DNA from: Eledone cirrhosa
Lineage: Eukaryota
Length of the DNA stretch: 64,000 nt
Assembly (NCBI GenBank): GCA_964016885.1
Contig: OZ024747.1
Coordinates: 83,762,001 to 83,826,000, forward strand
Direction of reading: 5' to 3'
Positions 13,787 through 27,120 of the stretch are shown here, in pieces (the first letter of the stretch is position 1; every line of letters begins with the position of its first letter). The notes beneath the pieces are model-generated. The model did not search any database. It was not told where the DNA came from and was given only the letters and a program-made list of their open reading frames with translations. Position numbers and translations under genes: made by a program.

Positions 13787-13948
13787 CACTCACACTCACC
13801 CCTACCACACAAACACCACAACACACACTCTCACCCCTACCACACAAACACCACAACACAAACACCACACACACACTCACACTCACCCCCACCACACAAA
13901 CACCACAACACACACTCTCACCCCTACCACACAAACACCACACACACA
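13787..13948. repeat. CA-rich minisatellite (CACCCCTACCACACAAACACCACA x4)
   Basis: Directly visible tandem units. Confidence 0.75.
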
Positions 13949-14291
13949 TGAGCCAACGAAAGTCTCTACGTAATCAGTAAACCTGATAGAAACAGCAACC
14001 AGATCGCCCTCAGATCACGAGTATTATATAATATAGAATGTGTGAGTTAAAATTGTAGATTTACCAACCTGTACTGCCATGTCTCAGAGATCGGACTGCA
14101 ACGGTCAGCGAGAAAGAGAGTCTGTGAGAGAGAGAAGCGAGAAATGGTGGGCTTTATGTACACCTAGGTGTCGTCAAGGCTATTTTAGTCTGAGGCATTT
14201 TCTTAAACAAACAACATTTTACCCAGTCTTGATTTCGCTACAGTTTCCCTTGGAGGAAGTCTCTCACCGTCGTACGGTGATAGTATTGCGC

Positions 14292-14357
<66 letters not shown>

Positions 14358-14602
14358 TGCACACACAGTGGCGGACTAGGTCTAAAAATATTGGTTGCCA
14401 GGAGATGAATGGGTCCACCTACATATAGAATGCTATCATTTAATTTTTATAATGAATAAATAACATTTTGGAAAAAACATAAGTTGAAACAAAACAGTGG
14501 AATCAAATTTTTGCAGAAAAAATTCTTACCTTCTCCAATAAAAAATATTATGTATTTTGCGAAATCCAGAAACTCTCAATAATGACCTTTGGTCTTTCAC
14601 AC

Positions 14603-14687
<85 letters not shown>

Positions 14688-14689
<2 letters not shown>

Positions 14690-14805
14690 GCACCAGAGTA
14701 CTCAATATTTAGGGTAGTAGAGTGGGTAATAGGAGAAAGTATGACTCCCGACGGCAGAGCTGAAGCTGTTTCGACGGCTATTTCTGGACTTTAGTCATAC
14801 TTTCT

Positions 14806-14810
<5 letters not shown>
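14688..14810. mobile_element. Family C fold-back PLE-like 3' end
   Basis: Same sequence as the copies at 15461, 48337 and 57959; short inverted arm GTCATACTTTCTCCTAT; in (TA)n. Confidence 0.75.
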
Positions 14811-14856
<46 letters not shown>

Positions 14857-14859
<3 letters not shown>

Positions 14860-15307
14860 GACCAGACGTCGACTCTAAATATTACTAATAGCTCTAGGAA
14901 AGGCATGAACGACACCACATCTTTTTAACTTTGATTTTGAAAGTAGGTTTATAATCATCAATTTTCTTTATACTTTTGTAGCTGTCTCGGTGACTTAGTT
15001 GGAGGAATCATATCCGGTGGTGATCCTGGTCTGAAGTTCGATCCTAGTCGGGACTAGGATTCCTGGTAAACCTTTTCAGTTTTTTTCTATTGGTTGTAAA
15101 ATAAAAACTGAAAAAGGTTACACGCACCTTTTGACCAGGTTCTCCACCGTCTCTAGTACCTACCGCTAGACTACAGAGACAACTACGAAACCATCCTGAA
15201 AATTCATATTTATAAACCTACTTTCAAAATTTTCAAAACAAAGTGTTGTGGTGTCGTTCATCTCTCTCTTAATGATATTGCTCCTACTTAAGGTCGACTT
15301 CTAAATC

Positions 15308-15310
<3 letters not shown>
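14857..15310. mobile_element. Patchy long-inverted-repeat element in (TA)n
   Basis: Ordered inverted blocks: GTCGAC, ATGAACGACACCAC, TTTTGAAAGTAGGTTTATAA, GTAG.TGTCTC, CGGTGG.GA.CCTGGTC and AACCTTTTCAGTTTTT. Confidence 0.6.
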
Positions 15311-15357
<47 letters not shown>

Positions 15358-15460
15358 ACCACCTCCACCACTAATTGATTTGACAGATGTCTTTAACCCA
15401 TTGATACCAAATATTATTTGGTCAGTAGTTCGTGTGTAAGTATATAAATATATATATAAC

Positions 15461-15708
<248 letters not shown>

Positions 15709-16287
15709 TATGTATATGCTTGTGTGTCTGTGTCTATATACGTATGTTGTTTGCATGCATAAATGAATACACTAAGCTTTAGATTTAGTAGAATGTACAA
15801 CCACTGATTCTAGCTATTTCCACTATCGTATACTTTGGTTTCTAGTAATTCCCTAGGGAATTGGATGACCAAATGCTTTGCTTAATTGTTTTATTTATTT
15901 TTCTTTTAATTTTATTCTTTCTCTTAGATTTCAGGTATTTTTTGAAAGCAAAGCATTGGCCCCCAAAATACTACAGTGGGCTCTGCAATGCTACGGCGGG
16001 CTCTTGCAATGCCACCGTGGGCCCCCTGGGGCCCACCTGTCATTGGGCAACCTGGCCAGTCCGCCACTGCACGCGCACCACACACACACATACACACACA
16101 TGACTAGTTTCTACCAAATTTTACACACAAGGCATAGAAAGAGAGAAGGCACCACAATGGTGCTTATTTTTCAACTGGAGAGCTATATACCAAGGGCCCA
16201 TAACTCCTGGTAGAGTCGTATGGAGCATCGGTGTGTCTCTTCGGCATTTGAATCTGGTGGTGCCCATCGCTTTCCAGCTCAGAACAC

Positions 16288-16320
16288 AGCAAATTTCTTC
16301 TTCTTCTTCTTCTTCTTCTT

Positions 16321-16381
<61 letters not shown>

Positions 16382-16548
16382 GAGAGAGAGAGATTACGGA
16401 AGAATTAACTCCAGTACTGTGCAAGACCTCGAAAAGATGAAAGGCAAAGTAAATCTCGGTTTGGTTTGAATCCAGCGGGCAAGGAGCCGAGACGAATACC
16501 TCAAAATATTCAAGTCGAAGTTCTAACGACTCTGTCAATTTGCCGCCT
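16288..16548 (-). mobile_element. SINE S1 with internal (CTT)n/(GA)n expansion
   Basis: GATGAAAGGCAAAGT core and CTCTGTCAATTTGCCGCC 5' end. Confidence 0.65.
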
Positions 16549-16686
16549 GAAAAAAAAAGTAAATTCGACAAAATAAGATAGAGATTGAGAAGAAATTAAT
16601 GCTGGACATGAAGTTAAATGATAAACGTTTATAATAATAATAAAATTATAGTGTACAGTACTCAGATACGCTACAACAAAATATTT

Positions 16687-16692
16687 TAAAAA
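16687..16692 (-). terminator. Pol III oligo-T terminator of the tRNA-Gly gene
   Basis: TTTTT on the minus strand about 12 nt downstream of the tRNA 3' end. Confidence 0.6.
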
Positions 16693-16703
16693 TGCTAAAC
16701 GCC

Positions 16704-16775
16704 TGCGTCGGCCGGGAGTCGAACCCGGATCGACTGCTTGGAAGGCAACCATGCTAACCGTTACACCACCGACGC
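16704..16775 (-). tRNA. tRNA-Gly-TCC: tRNA-Gly (anticodon TCC)
   Basis: GCGTCGGTGGTGTAACGGTTAGCATGGTTGCCTTCCAAGCAGTCGATCCGGGTTCGACTCCCGGCCGACGCA, 72 nt. Perfect 7-bp acceptor stem, A and B boxes, CT-TCC-AA loop, T stem CCGGG/CCCGG. Confidence 0.95.
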
Positions 16776-17279
16776 TTATAGAAGGCAATAAACGTTTGTA
16801 GGCAAGTAACGTTTCTTTAAGTTTTTACTAACCATGTTCAAAGGCCTTGTTGGTGTCAATAGCATTGCTTTCAATGAAGTTCTCAAGAGGGAGAGATTTG
16901 CGGAGTGAGAAATCATGCTCCTGGGTCGAGTCTAAATATAACACCCATCTTTTTACTACTGCATCTTCTTTGAGGAAACTGGCAAATACGGAACTTAAAC
17001 ATATCGTATTCAAAGATATACCTTAAACAATGCAATCGTCACAGCTGGAACGGTTTCTATGGTAGCGCTCCTTGATCAGGATTGGGGCTAAACAAACAAC
17101 CATTTTGGGAGGGGGGATGATGCTTGCCGTTTATAAAAACGGTTTGTTTCTAACTCATTCTGTGGCAACCATCTTTTTATTTTATTTTATTTTATTTTAT
17201 TTATTTTATTTTATTTTATTTTATTTATTTCTATTTGGTTTTAGTTCTCAATCAGCAAACTTATATACACATATATATT

Positions 17280-17520
17280 ATCACAAGATCTACATGACAG
17301 GTGCAATGTGTCCGAACGTGGAAGGGCCGACCTTCCACTGTCGTCGCCCCCATCTCTCTCGCCCTCCTCATCTCTCTGTATAGTGAGAAAATGGGGTCCC
17401 ACGTGCTGGCCGCCTGACAGCCCCGGCGGACAGAATGGAGAAGGCGTTTCCTAGAAGGATGGTAAGAGAGATGCATTCCATCCTGTGACAACCATTCTAT
17501 TCGAGGACAACTGTTATTTG
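17280..17520 (-). mobile_element. CRE-clade non-LTR 3' end
   Basis: Minus strand reads [23 protein letters not shown]; same family as 54150-54380. Confidence 0.7.
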
Positions 17521-18007
17521 GTGGATCGGATTATGTAAAAGCTGTGTGTCTTGGGTCACCTCTCTCCCACACACATGTACACACACACACGTACACACAA
17601 CTCACACACTTACACACATATACATCACACACCTACATATATATATACATACATATACACACAATCACTCACCCACACACGAAAAACGCACCTATACACA
17701 CACTTACATACTCAGACACATGCATACAACCATTGACAGACATACACACACGTACAACACAGTGTACAGCAGCAATGTTTCTGTCTTTCTCTCTCACTCA
17801 TATCTCATCCACTCTCCTCTTTCTCTCTATCAATTTCTCTCCCCCTCTCTCAATTCTCTCACAATTTCTCCCATTTCTCCCACATAACCTCTTCTCTCTC
17901 TTCCTGTTTCTTTTTCAATTTGTCTGTTTGTTTGTTTGGCTGTCACTCTCTCTCTCTCTATATATATATGTAAAAATGTGTGTGTATATATATACACGTA
18001 TATATAC

Positions 18008-18084
<77 letters not shown>

Positions 18085-18242
18085 TGTGTGTGTGTGTCTG
18101 CCTGTGTGTGTGTGCATATATATATATACACACACACACATATATATATATATATGTATATATATGTATACATATATACATATATATATGTGTGTGTGTG
18201 TGTGTATGTATATACATAAGTGTGGATATATATGTGTATACA

Positions 18243-18355
<113 letters not shown>

Positions 18356-18368
18356 GTATATATATATA

Positions 18369-18406
<38 letters not shown>

Positions 18407-18714
18407 CATATATATATATATACTGTATATATACATATATACATATATATACACACACATATATATCACCATCTCACCCCCCTTTCAATGTAAACATATT
18501 AAGCACATACACACACACAGACCATACAACATTGCACTGTGGTGAAATTCAGTCTTGTCTAAATACCATTTACATTTAATTGGCAATTTGCATAAATTGT
18601 AGCTAGCAGACGTTTACTTTCACTTATCTACAGTTCTTCTCCAACTCCTTCTCCCTTCCTTCATCTCACTCATCTCTCTCTATATATGTGTGTGTCTCTA
18701 TGGGTGTATATATA

Positions 18715-18925
18715 CGAGGGTAATCCTAAAAGTAAGGTCTCCAAAGCGTGGGGACGCAGAGAAACTGTTCGTACGGCTGTTGGCAACACTGTTGTGATTG
18801 GTGCTTCCTTCACTCCCAAACAAGCATGCGCGCGCTTCGCTGGGATGCTCAATCTTGGTTTGGCAGCCCTTGAGAATGGAGCTCCCGTTGAACGCTACCG
18901 CCAAGTGCGAATTTCGCGCAGTTAT
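18715..18925 (+). mobile_element. mariner left TIR plus 5' fragment
   Basis: TA|CGAGGGTAATCCTAAAAGTAAGGTCTCC mariner-type TIR. Confidence 0.7.
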
Positions 18926-18931
18926 TATATA

Positions 18932-19121
18932 CGAGGGCAATCCCAAAAGTAAGGTCTCCTTCCGAGGAAAACATGTGTAAAGATCGGCGGATCAGTCTGG
19001 ATGCTCTCTGCATTTTGGTTCCTGAGGTTTCCCGAAGCACCATCCACAGGATTTTAATGGAAAAGTTGCAATATTGGAAGTTGCAATATCGGAAGGAGAC
19101 CTTACATTTGGGATTGCCCTC

Positions 19122-19122
<1 letters not shown>
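18932..19122 (+). mobile_element. mariner internal-deletion derivative (MITE)
   Basis: ~34-bp inverted termini CGAGGGCAATCCCAAA.GTAAGGTCTCCTTCCGA with TA flanks; internal DRRISLDAL...VSRSTIHRILMEKLQYWK is a mariner HTH segment. Confidence 0.85.
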
Positions 19123-19163
<41 letters not shown>

Positions 19164-19384
19164 TTGTGTGTTTGTCTGTGAGTGCGCGTGTGTGTGTATG
19201 TATACATTTGTTTTATAAGATGTTGACTAACCAGAGTTGCGTATTCAACACCCTAATCTGTAAACGATGATACAAGTAGGTTCAAGCACTCAACGTCATG
19301 TGTATCCTTCCAAATGCGATTTGGTAGTCTATGACGGAGTATACGTACAATAATTATAATTGCGAAGGCTAGATGTAAATATTC

Positions 19385-19676
19385 ATGGTGCAATAATGCG
19401 TCAGCTTTAGCATTTGGTCACCAAAAGAAGGTGGGTAGGTGTAAAAGCCAAATTCGCTATCTCCAATTCGGTATTCGTGCCAACCCTTACCCATAGTCAT
19501 GAATCTTGTGTAATGATCTCGAAAGAATATGATCGCGAACACAAGTGGCCGAAATGGAGTTCGCCGAAGTGCTTAACGTTAATCGATAGTGTGCGTAGCT
19601 CAGAGATCAGAGATTCGCTCCAGGTTGAGGGGGTGACCATCCGCAAGAACGAGTCTCGTCAGTTGGACTGGTTCTT
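19385..19676 (+). mobile_element. RTE-clade (Rex3/Expander-like) LINE fragment
   Basis: KAKFAISNSVFVPTLTHSHESCVM...LIDSVRSSEIRDSLQVE...QLDWF, the post-RT region of RTE. Confidence 0.8.
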
Positions 19677-19809
19677 TCTGTAAGTCTTTCTTGCTATCCT
19701 CCGAAGTAACGCAGTCGCCACTTTGTTCACTAATTTTATTGTCCTGAATAGCAATGCTATTCAGGACAATAAAATTAGATCTTATTCAGGGTTCGTTAAC
19801 AAAAGTTAT

Positions 19810-20372
19810 AAATATTGAATGCTCTGCGGTAGTTGTTGTGGCTCTTGGCTCTCTCCGAGTTCAAAACCCATCGAGGACAACTTTGCTTTCTATCCTTTGA
19901 GGTCGATTCTTCTTCTATATCCCTTTCTCGCTTTCTCGGTGTGCCAGGCGCCCAGTTTTCTCGGTCTCTGCTTGACCCAGGATTGCAGCTCGGTGAGCGA
20001 GACAAGTCTGGGAAAGACTCGCCTCACAAACGAGGCCCACACCGGTTGACCGGTGAGGAATACCTGGAGGTGCCGTAGCCTTAATGCGTGTTTACGTATC
20101 ATTAGCCACAGCATCCCCAGCCCTCCTTTCGAAGGGTGTTGACAGCAGATGGATCTCCTCACCATAGGAGCTCGCTTCTTCCAAAGGAATTGGAAGAGTG
20201 CGCGCTCCATTTTGGTGAGCGTTTCTCTTGGGCAAGGCACAACGGTCAGGCGGTAGTAGATGACAGACGCTATATAAGTGTTCGCCACCGCCGCCCGACC
20301 TTTCAGGGACAGTTTGCACTCGGCCCACTTCTGGGTCAGTGCAAACACCCTGTTCGTTACCTCACCCCCATA
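19810..20372 (-). mobile_element. Tx1/L1-clade ORF2 fragment
   Basis: QKWAECKLSLKGRAAVANTYIASVIYYRLTVVPCP...FQFLWKK...CQHPSKGGLG is the typical L1/Tx1 post-RT motif (W...LS..GR......FLW...GGLG). Confidence 0.88.
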
Positions 20373-20931
20373 GATAACTTTCTTTTTATTTGCCACCAGG
20401 GGGACAAGTACAATGTATTCTTTAACATATGTAAATGACTAATACTTATCAAAATGGTGGAAGGTTATGACGATTTGACCGGATTTGAGCATACATTGCT
20501 GGCCTTGTGCTTAAATTTGACACCTCTATTACTTACAATGAATCATACACTCCTCCTCCACCTTCTTCTCCTCCTCCTCCTCCTCCTCCTCCTTCTTTTT
20601 CTTTTTCTTCTCCTTCTCCTCCTTCTTCTTCTCCTTCTTCTTCTTCTTCTTCTTCTTCTTTCTTTCTTTCTTTTTTTCTTCCCTTTCTTCTTGCTGTTCA
20701 CCTTAAGCCAGTCTAACGTTACTGCGGTTATCGTGGTTACCATGGCTACGAAAACTATTAGTGTTTTCACCTTTTCCTGCCCCCCCCTCCAATTTCTTCG
20801 TCCAAACACAGTCTCACACACACACACAATAACACACACACACACAAACACTCACACATACATATACACAGACATAGACAATAATACACACACGCACACA
20901 CACACACACACACACAATAACACGCACAATA

Positions 20932-20964
<33 letters not shown>

Positions 20965-21165
20965 CACACACACACATACGCACACACTAACACCCACACA
21001 GACAGTAACCCATGCCGCGAGACAGCCACCCTAAAACACCAACATCTAATGAAGCAGTAAATCATACGACAAATACGTGGTATTATTACTAGTATTACTT
21101 GTTTCTTCTTAGAACGAAAGCGAACCTTTTCCACAAGATTCTGTTCTATGGCAGTTTGAAAGAAA

Positions 21166-21254
21166 GTTTTACTGATGAAGCCAGAAGATCAGTCTCGCGA
21201 GATTAATTAGACTAGCAACAGAGCAGAAAGGCGAACAGTATTTTACTGTAATCC
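21166..21254 (+). ncRNA. Degenerate hammerhead-like motif in a PLE-like 3' end
   Basis: TTA CTGATGA A GCC...GGC GAA CAGTA TTT TACTG TAA; core lacks one A and the UH dinucleotide. Confidence 0.3.
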
Positions 21255-21962
21255 TACTCTTTACCTCGCAATTCTTCAACTGTTTATATAAGTTTGTTTA
21301 ACGCCAAACAGTTGAAATCTTGTCGCCCGCTTAATGTTTCGCTATAAATCGATATAGCAGAGGGTTTTTCGAAAAATAAAAATAAATACTAAATACTAAA
21401 TAATAAATGAATAGTAAATAAATATCAATAAATAGATAAATATAAATAGAGGGGGATAGAATTCTCTGTAAGATTTACCTGCTTTTTACCTTCTCTTTTT
21501 CAGCCGATTCATCTTACTCTTCATTCTCCTTCTCTCCGTGTACGCATGCGCGCGCATACACACACACACACACATACACATACAAGTGTAGGCGCGTACA
21601 CAAAACTATCATCTTACAGAATTATTATAACCAAACCCTATTTTCCAGCCCCAAACAATGGAACCCTGTCTTGTCTGGTCTCTGTTGCTAGCCAACGCAT
21701 GCAGCTAAAAAGGCCTTGCAGATTTCAATGAAAAGTCAAAGAGCGGTGTGGAGACGAGGAAAGCTGTTATATTACCATGGTAATTGCTTGTGCTTGAAGG
21801 AAACGAAGAAGAAGACGAAAAAGAAATCAAACAATTGCCTGACATCTCATCAATTCCTTATGACACCTGCCACCGATTGTGGAAGTTTTGTTACAATTTA
21901 CATTAAAAAAAACAAATTATTGTGTTTTCTCAGACCGCTAAAAGGAACGGACATTAAATATA

Positions 21963-22170
21963 CCCCCAGGAGACTTGAAGCGATAGTTTGGGTAAGTGGT
22001 AACAATCTCCATTGTTTCCCATGTTACCCCCAGGAGATTTGAAGCGACAGTTTGGGTAAGTGGTAACAATCTCCATTGTTTCCCATGTTACCCCCAGGAG
22101 ATTTGAAGCGACAGTTTGGGTAAGTGGTAACAGTTTAGGTAAATGATAACAATCTACATTGTTTCCCAGT
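21963..22170. repeat. 64-bp tandem repeat, about 3 units
   Basis: CCCCCAGGAGA(C/T)TTGAAGCGA...units start at 21963, 22027 and 22091. Confidence 0.9.
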
Positions 22171-22703
22171 CTAAGGGTGCGTCGTAGACTAAAGTCTCAG
22201 AGAACATGTGGAAGTAAGTCAGCTAGAATCAACTCCAGTCATGGCTGATTATGACTGCTACCACAGTTTACTGTCTCTAATCATCTTGAATTCATTGTCT
22301 GTCATTGGACAAACGTATCTCATTCTCAAGAATTCATCATTACCGAATTCAATTACCACCAAACTATCACTCTCTCTATATCTATCAAACAACACTATCA
22401 CTAATCAACCCGAATCTTTTCTAGAAGGTGCCAAGCAGTAAAGCTGAAGATACAAGCATGTGGTTGCGAAGCGAACCCCTCAACCCCACCGCTCTACCTG
22501 CATACATTTAATATAAATATATATATATCTATGAATACGTCATCATATATACACATTCTTGTGTGTGTGTGTGTATACGTGTTTTACACACATAGCTCTA
22601 CATGCACTACATCTGAGTACACATATACACAAATATTTATTTTATTCCATATCCAGTTACATAGGTACAGCGAAAGCTATCATTTATCACACTATTCTAC
22701 TTA

Positions 22704-22789
<86 letters not shown>

Positions 22790-22793
<4 letters not shown>

Positions 22794-22947
22794 GAAAATA
22801 GTCAGGATCCCGTCGGCTGACCTCCGACCGTTTCGACAGCTCAGCTGTCGAAGTCTTGTCTCTTTTCCTATTACCCACTCTACTACATTAAGTATCGATT
22901 ACTCTGGTTCATTATGGACCACCTGGTATCTTACTACACCTTTTTTG

Positions 22948-22948
<1 letters not shown>
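22790..22948. mobile_element. Family C-related fold-back, axis near 22842
   Basis: TTCGACAGCT-C-AGCTGTCGAA axis; tail CCTATTACCCACTCTACTAC...TTATGGACCACCTGGTATCTTAC homologous to family C. Confidence 0.65.
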
Positions 22949-23039
<91 letters not shown>

Positions 23040-23121
23040 CGGGGTATGCATATATATGTGTATATGTAGGTACAAAAAGTCTTATTAGTTTCACGCTTTA
23101 TATTGGAAAGAGGAAAGAAAG

Positions 23122-23155
23122 TTCGACATGTCGGGCTTAAGTCCTTCTTCAGGAG
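23122..23155 (-). ncRNA. Degenerate minimal type I hammerhead (PLE type)
   Basis: CTC CTGAAGA A GGAC TTAA GCCC GACA TG TC GAA; GAAA mutated to GACA. Confidence 0.5.
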
Positions 23156-23577
23156 TACAAATTAAAGAAAATGAATACTTTGTATATCTAGCGATGTACG
23201 GTATGTTTATGAATAAACATTTGAAAGTCTTCAGCAATGAATTTTGGAAACTGATGACGTAGTGCCATCGTTATCAAAACAGTGCTCTCTGCTGGAACTC
23301 AATAAATTTGGGACACCAATGCACAGCTCTATATGCAAATGAGGCTAATCAGCCCATGTACATAGGTGTCAAAACTATGTTTTCGCATATATTGAGTTCC
23401 AGCAGCGTGTAGGGTAAGGGGGCATGATAATACACTATATGTTTTTGTATTCCTACAAATATCTGTCTGTAACTCTTCACACACACACACACAGACATAC
23501 AGACACACATACAGACAGACACAGACACACACACACAGCCAGACACACACAGACAGCCAGACACACACAGACAGCCA

Positions 23578-23666
<89 letters not shown>

Positions 23667-23739
23667 AGCGTCAGTCGAGAAAGTATCCGACCGTAGACTA
23701 GAAAAGAGAAATACATAGTGGGATTCAGTTGCTAACCCC

Positions 23740-24030
23740 TTTTGAAGTAGGTCCTTTGTGTCTCTACTCACTTAGCCCAGTGACCCTTCCATTGTTTGAA
23801 GTACGTCTGGAATGGCTCTCAATACTGCTCTCACAGCCCGCATCATGCCTCCTTGGCTCTCAACGAGGGAGACTTTAAGTGGCATCTTCATTTTTGGGAA
23901 CAATCAAAAGTCACAAGCAGTTATGCCTGGAGAGTAAGGAACCTGACAAATGAGCCTCTCTTTGCCACGAAACCTTCGATCAGCTATGACGAATGAGCAC
24001 AGGTGTTGATATGGTGCAGCCCTAGTTTTG
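23740..24030 (-). mobile_element. mariner DD34D transposase fragment
   Basis: LHHINTCAHSS (cf. LHHDNAPAH) and PYSPGITACDF*LFPKMK (cf. YSPDLAPxDF.LF). Confidence 0.8.
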
Positions 24031-24849
24031 CGAGGCCCCTAGATCCGGTCCCTTGAGTCGAACTGCATCACAAAGACGCTGAGGGACTTCCTAATAGTAC
24101 TTGTTTGTAACTGTTTGTGTTGGTGTGTATTCGTGATGCAAAGTGTTTCAGTAGTACAAGAAAACAGTATCATCTTGATTTCGCTCCGCACCTGAAGTGT
24201 ATTTTGAGCTCTGGTAACGTTAAATGCTTTCATTGAGCTTAGCTGTCTGAATCAAGTTCAATCACAAGAGGAACAATAAAAAAAATAAAAGGATTCATTT
24301 GACACTTTGATGAAAAGGAGTGTGATTCTGAATAGAATAAGGGGGGGGGGGGGTACAATGATGGCGAGAATGAATAATAAACAGAACGGATCGCATTCAA
24401 ATTGAGCAAATACCCGCTGAAGACGATATGCCAGTTCAGATTGCATAATCCAACTAAGAGGCACTTCTAACTCGTAGCTGCACTATAGGTGAGGTATCAG
24501 ACACCGTGACAGTCCAGGTAAGATATTTCTCGCCCTTTTAGTTTTCATTTTTGTTAACTATTATTGTCGGTATTTCCCTCAATTATCTTATGAGTCAAAT
24601 GTGATGAAAAGAATCTCTCTCTCGTCATTGAGTGTACGGGGATACCTCTAGTAATTTGCATTGTGTTGCAGTGATGCAGTTGCAAGTTCGTTACATATAC
24701 ACACACACACACATATATATATACATACATACATACAGTCATACATATATACATACAGTCACACATACATATATACATACACACACATCCATACATACAC
24801 ACATCCATACATACATACACACATAATCACATACATACATACATACAGT

Positions 24850-24975
24850 CATACATCCATAATGGTGTTGAATGTATCTAATTTTGTCCAGCGATACCAA
24901 ATATATATATATATATATTTATATTTGGTATCGCTGGACAAAATTAGATACATTCAACACCATTATGGATGTATG
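24850..24975. repeat. Perfect ~55-bp inverted repeat around (TA)n
   Basis: CATACATCCATAATGGTGTTGAATGTATCTAATTTTGTCCAGCGATACCAAATAT and its exact reverse complement. Confidence 0.9.
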
Positions 24976-25015
24976 TATGTATGTATGTATGTATGTATGT
25001 ATGTATGTATGTATG

Positions 25016-25046
<31 letters not shown>

Positions 25047-25491
25047 GTATGTATGTATGTATGTGTGGATGTGTGTATGTATGTATGTATGTGTGTGTAT
25101 GTATGTGTGACTGTATGTATATATGTATATATATGTATGTTTGTAAGTATGTATTACCCTTTACATAACGTTCTACACCATCACCACCCACCCACGTCCT
25201 ACATCCATAACTTTCCGCACCATCACCAGCCACCTATCCCCTAATACACCCATAACATCGTATAGCCCCCCTCCCAATATAACATCTTAAACACCCACCT
25301 AGCAATCTTGGTACAGTCGACCCCCTTTTTTTCTCGTTTTCCTCGTGTCAAACGTAAATATATTTTCATGTATGTATGTATGTATGTATGTATGTATGTA
25401 TGTATGTATGTATGTATGTATGTATGTATGTATGTATGTATGTATGTATTTCAGTACGGCATATATTTACATATGTATATGCACATATATA

Positions 25492-25528
<37 letters not shown>

Positions 25529-25529
25529 G

Positions 25530-25621
<92 letters not shown>

Positions 25622-26049
25622 CGCGCGCGCGTGTGTGTGTCTGTGTGTATATATATGTACACCACACACGCATATATATATATATATATAATCCTTCATA
25701 TTAGTTGGATGTACACATCAAGCAAGATAAAGATATATTTTATTTTTAACAATCAACTACAATAATTCTATCCTTAAACCTCGGTTAACAACATATAGGA
25801 AAGTTAGTTACTGTTTACTTTGGACGCTTGTGGAGTAGACATGACACGTTTTTATATAATCCAAAGCATGGACGCTCATCTCCTTCCCTTTCTTTTCACC
25901 CCCTTCCTTCTCTCGATCTTCGCGTGAAGAGAAGTTTATGTTTAGCAAGTACACTGTTTGCGTTTAATTTCTCTATTGTTTATACAGTTTTGCTTGAATT
26001 GTAAACTATTTTTCACTAGAATATTACTACTACTGCTAGCAACGAATGT

Positions 26050-26844
26050 GTTGGTGGTGGTGGTGGTGGGGTAGGTAGGGGGGGTAGTGTTAGTGGTGAT
26101 AGTGATTGTGGTTGTGGTGGTGGTGGTGGTGGTAGTGGTTATAGTGATGGTGGTGGTGGTGGTAGTGGTGGTAGTGATGGTGGTGGTGGTGATAGTAGTA
26201 GTGGTGTAGTGATGGTGGCGGTGGTGGTGGTAATGGTGGTGGTGGTGGTAGAGGTCATAGTGATGGTGGTGGTGGTATTGGTGGTAGTGATGGTGGTGGT
26301 GTCAGTGGTAGTAGTGGTAGTGATGGTGGTGGTGGTGGTAATGGTGGTAGTGATGGTGGTGGTGGTGGTAGTGGTGGTAGTGATGGTGGTGGTGGTGGTG
26401 TTAGTGGTAGTAGTGGTAGTGATGGTAGTGGTGGTGGTGGTAGTGATGGTAGTGATGGTGGTGGTGGTGATAGTGGTGGTGCTGCTGGTGGTGGTGGTGG
26501 TGGTGTTAGTGGTAGTAGTGGTAGTGATGGTGGTGGTGGTGGTAGTGATGGTAGTGATGATGGTGGTGGTGGTAATGGTGGTGCTACTGGTGGTGGTGGT
26601 GGTGGTGGTGGTGTTAGTGGTAGTAGTGGTAGTGATGGTAGTGATGATGGTGGTGGTGGTAATGGTGGTAGTGGTGGTGGTGGTAATGGTGGTGTTGGTG
26701 ATAGTGGCTGCGGTGTGTGTAATGAAAATGTTAACTTTTATTTCACATATACATTACACATGTGTCTGTCTATATGTCTGCCTGTCTGTCTGTATGTGTG
26801 TGTGTGTGTGTATGTGTGTGTGTGTGTATGTATGTGTGTGTATG

Positions 26845-26875
<31 letters not shown>

Positions 26876-27120
26876 GTATGTATGTGTGTGTGTATGTATG
26901 TGTGTATGTGTGTTTGGGAGACGAACGACACAATATTTCCTCTTCTTCTAAACTCATGGTGGTGGTGGCGGTGGTGGCGGTGGCGGTAGTGGTGGTGGCG
27001 GTGGCGGTAGTGGTGGTGGTGGTGGCGGTAGTGGTGGTGGCGGTGGCGGTAGTGGTGGTGGTGGTGGCGGTAGTGGTGGTGGCGGTGGCGGTAGTGGTGG
27101 TGGTGGTGGTGGTGGCGGCA
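26050..27120. repeat. (GGT)n-derived compound microsatellite
   Basis: GGT/AGT/GAT triplet arrays interrupted by (TG)/(TATG). Confidence 0.9.

Noticed and set aside
21963-22170. CRISPR-like repeated units
   Set aside because: Head-to-tail tandem repeats without unique spacers; eukaryotic context; no cas genes
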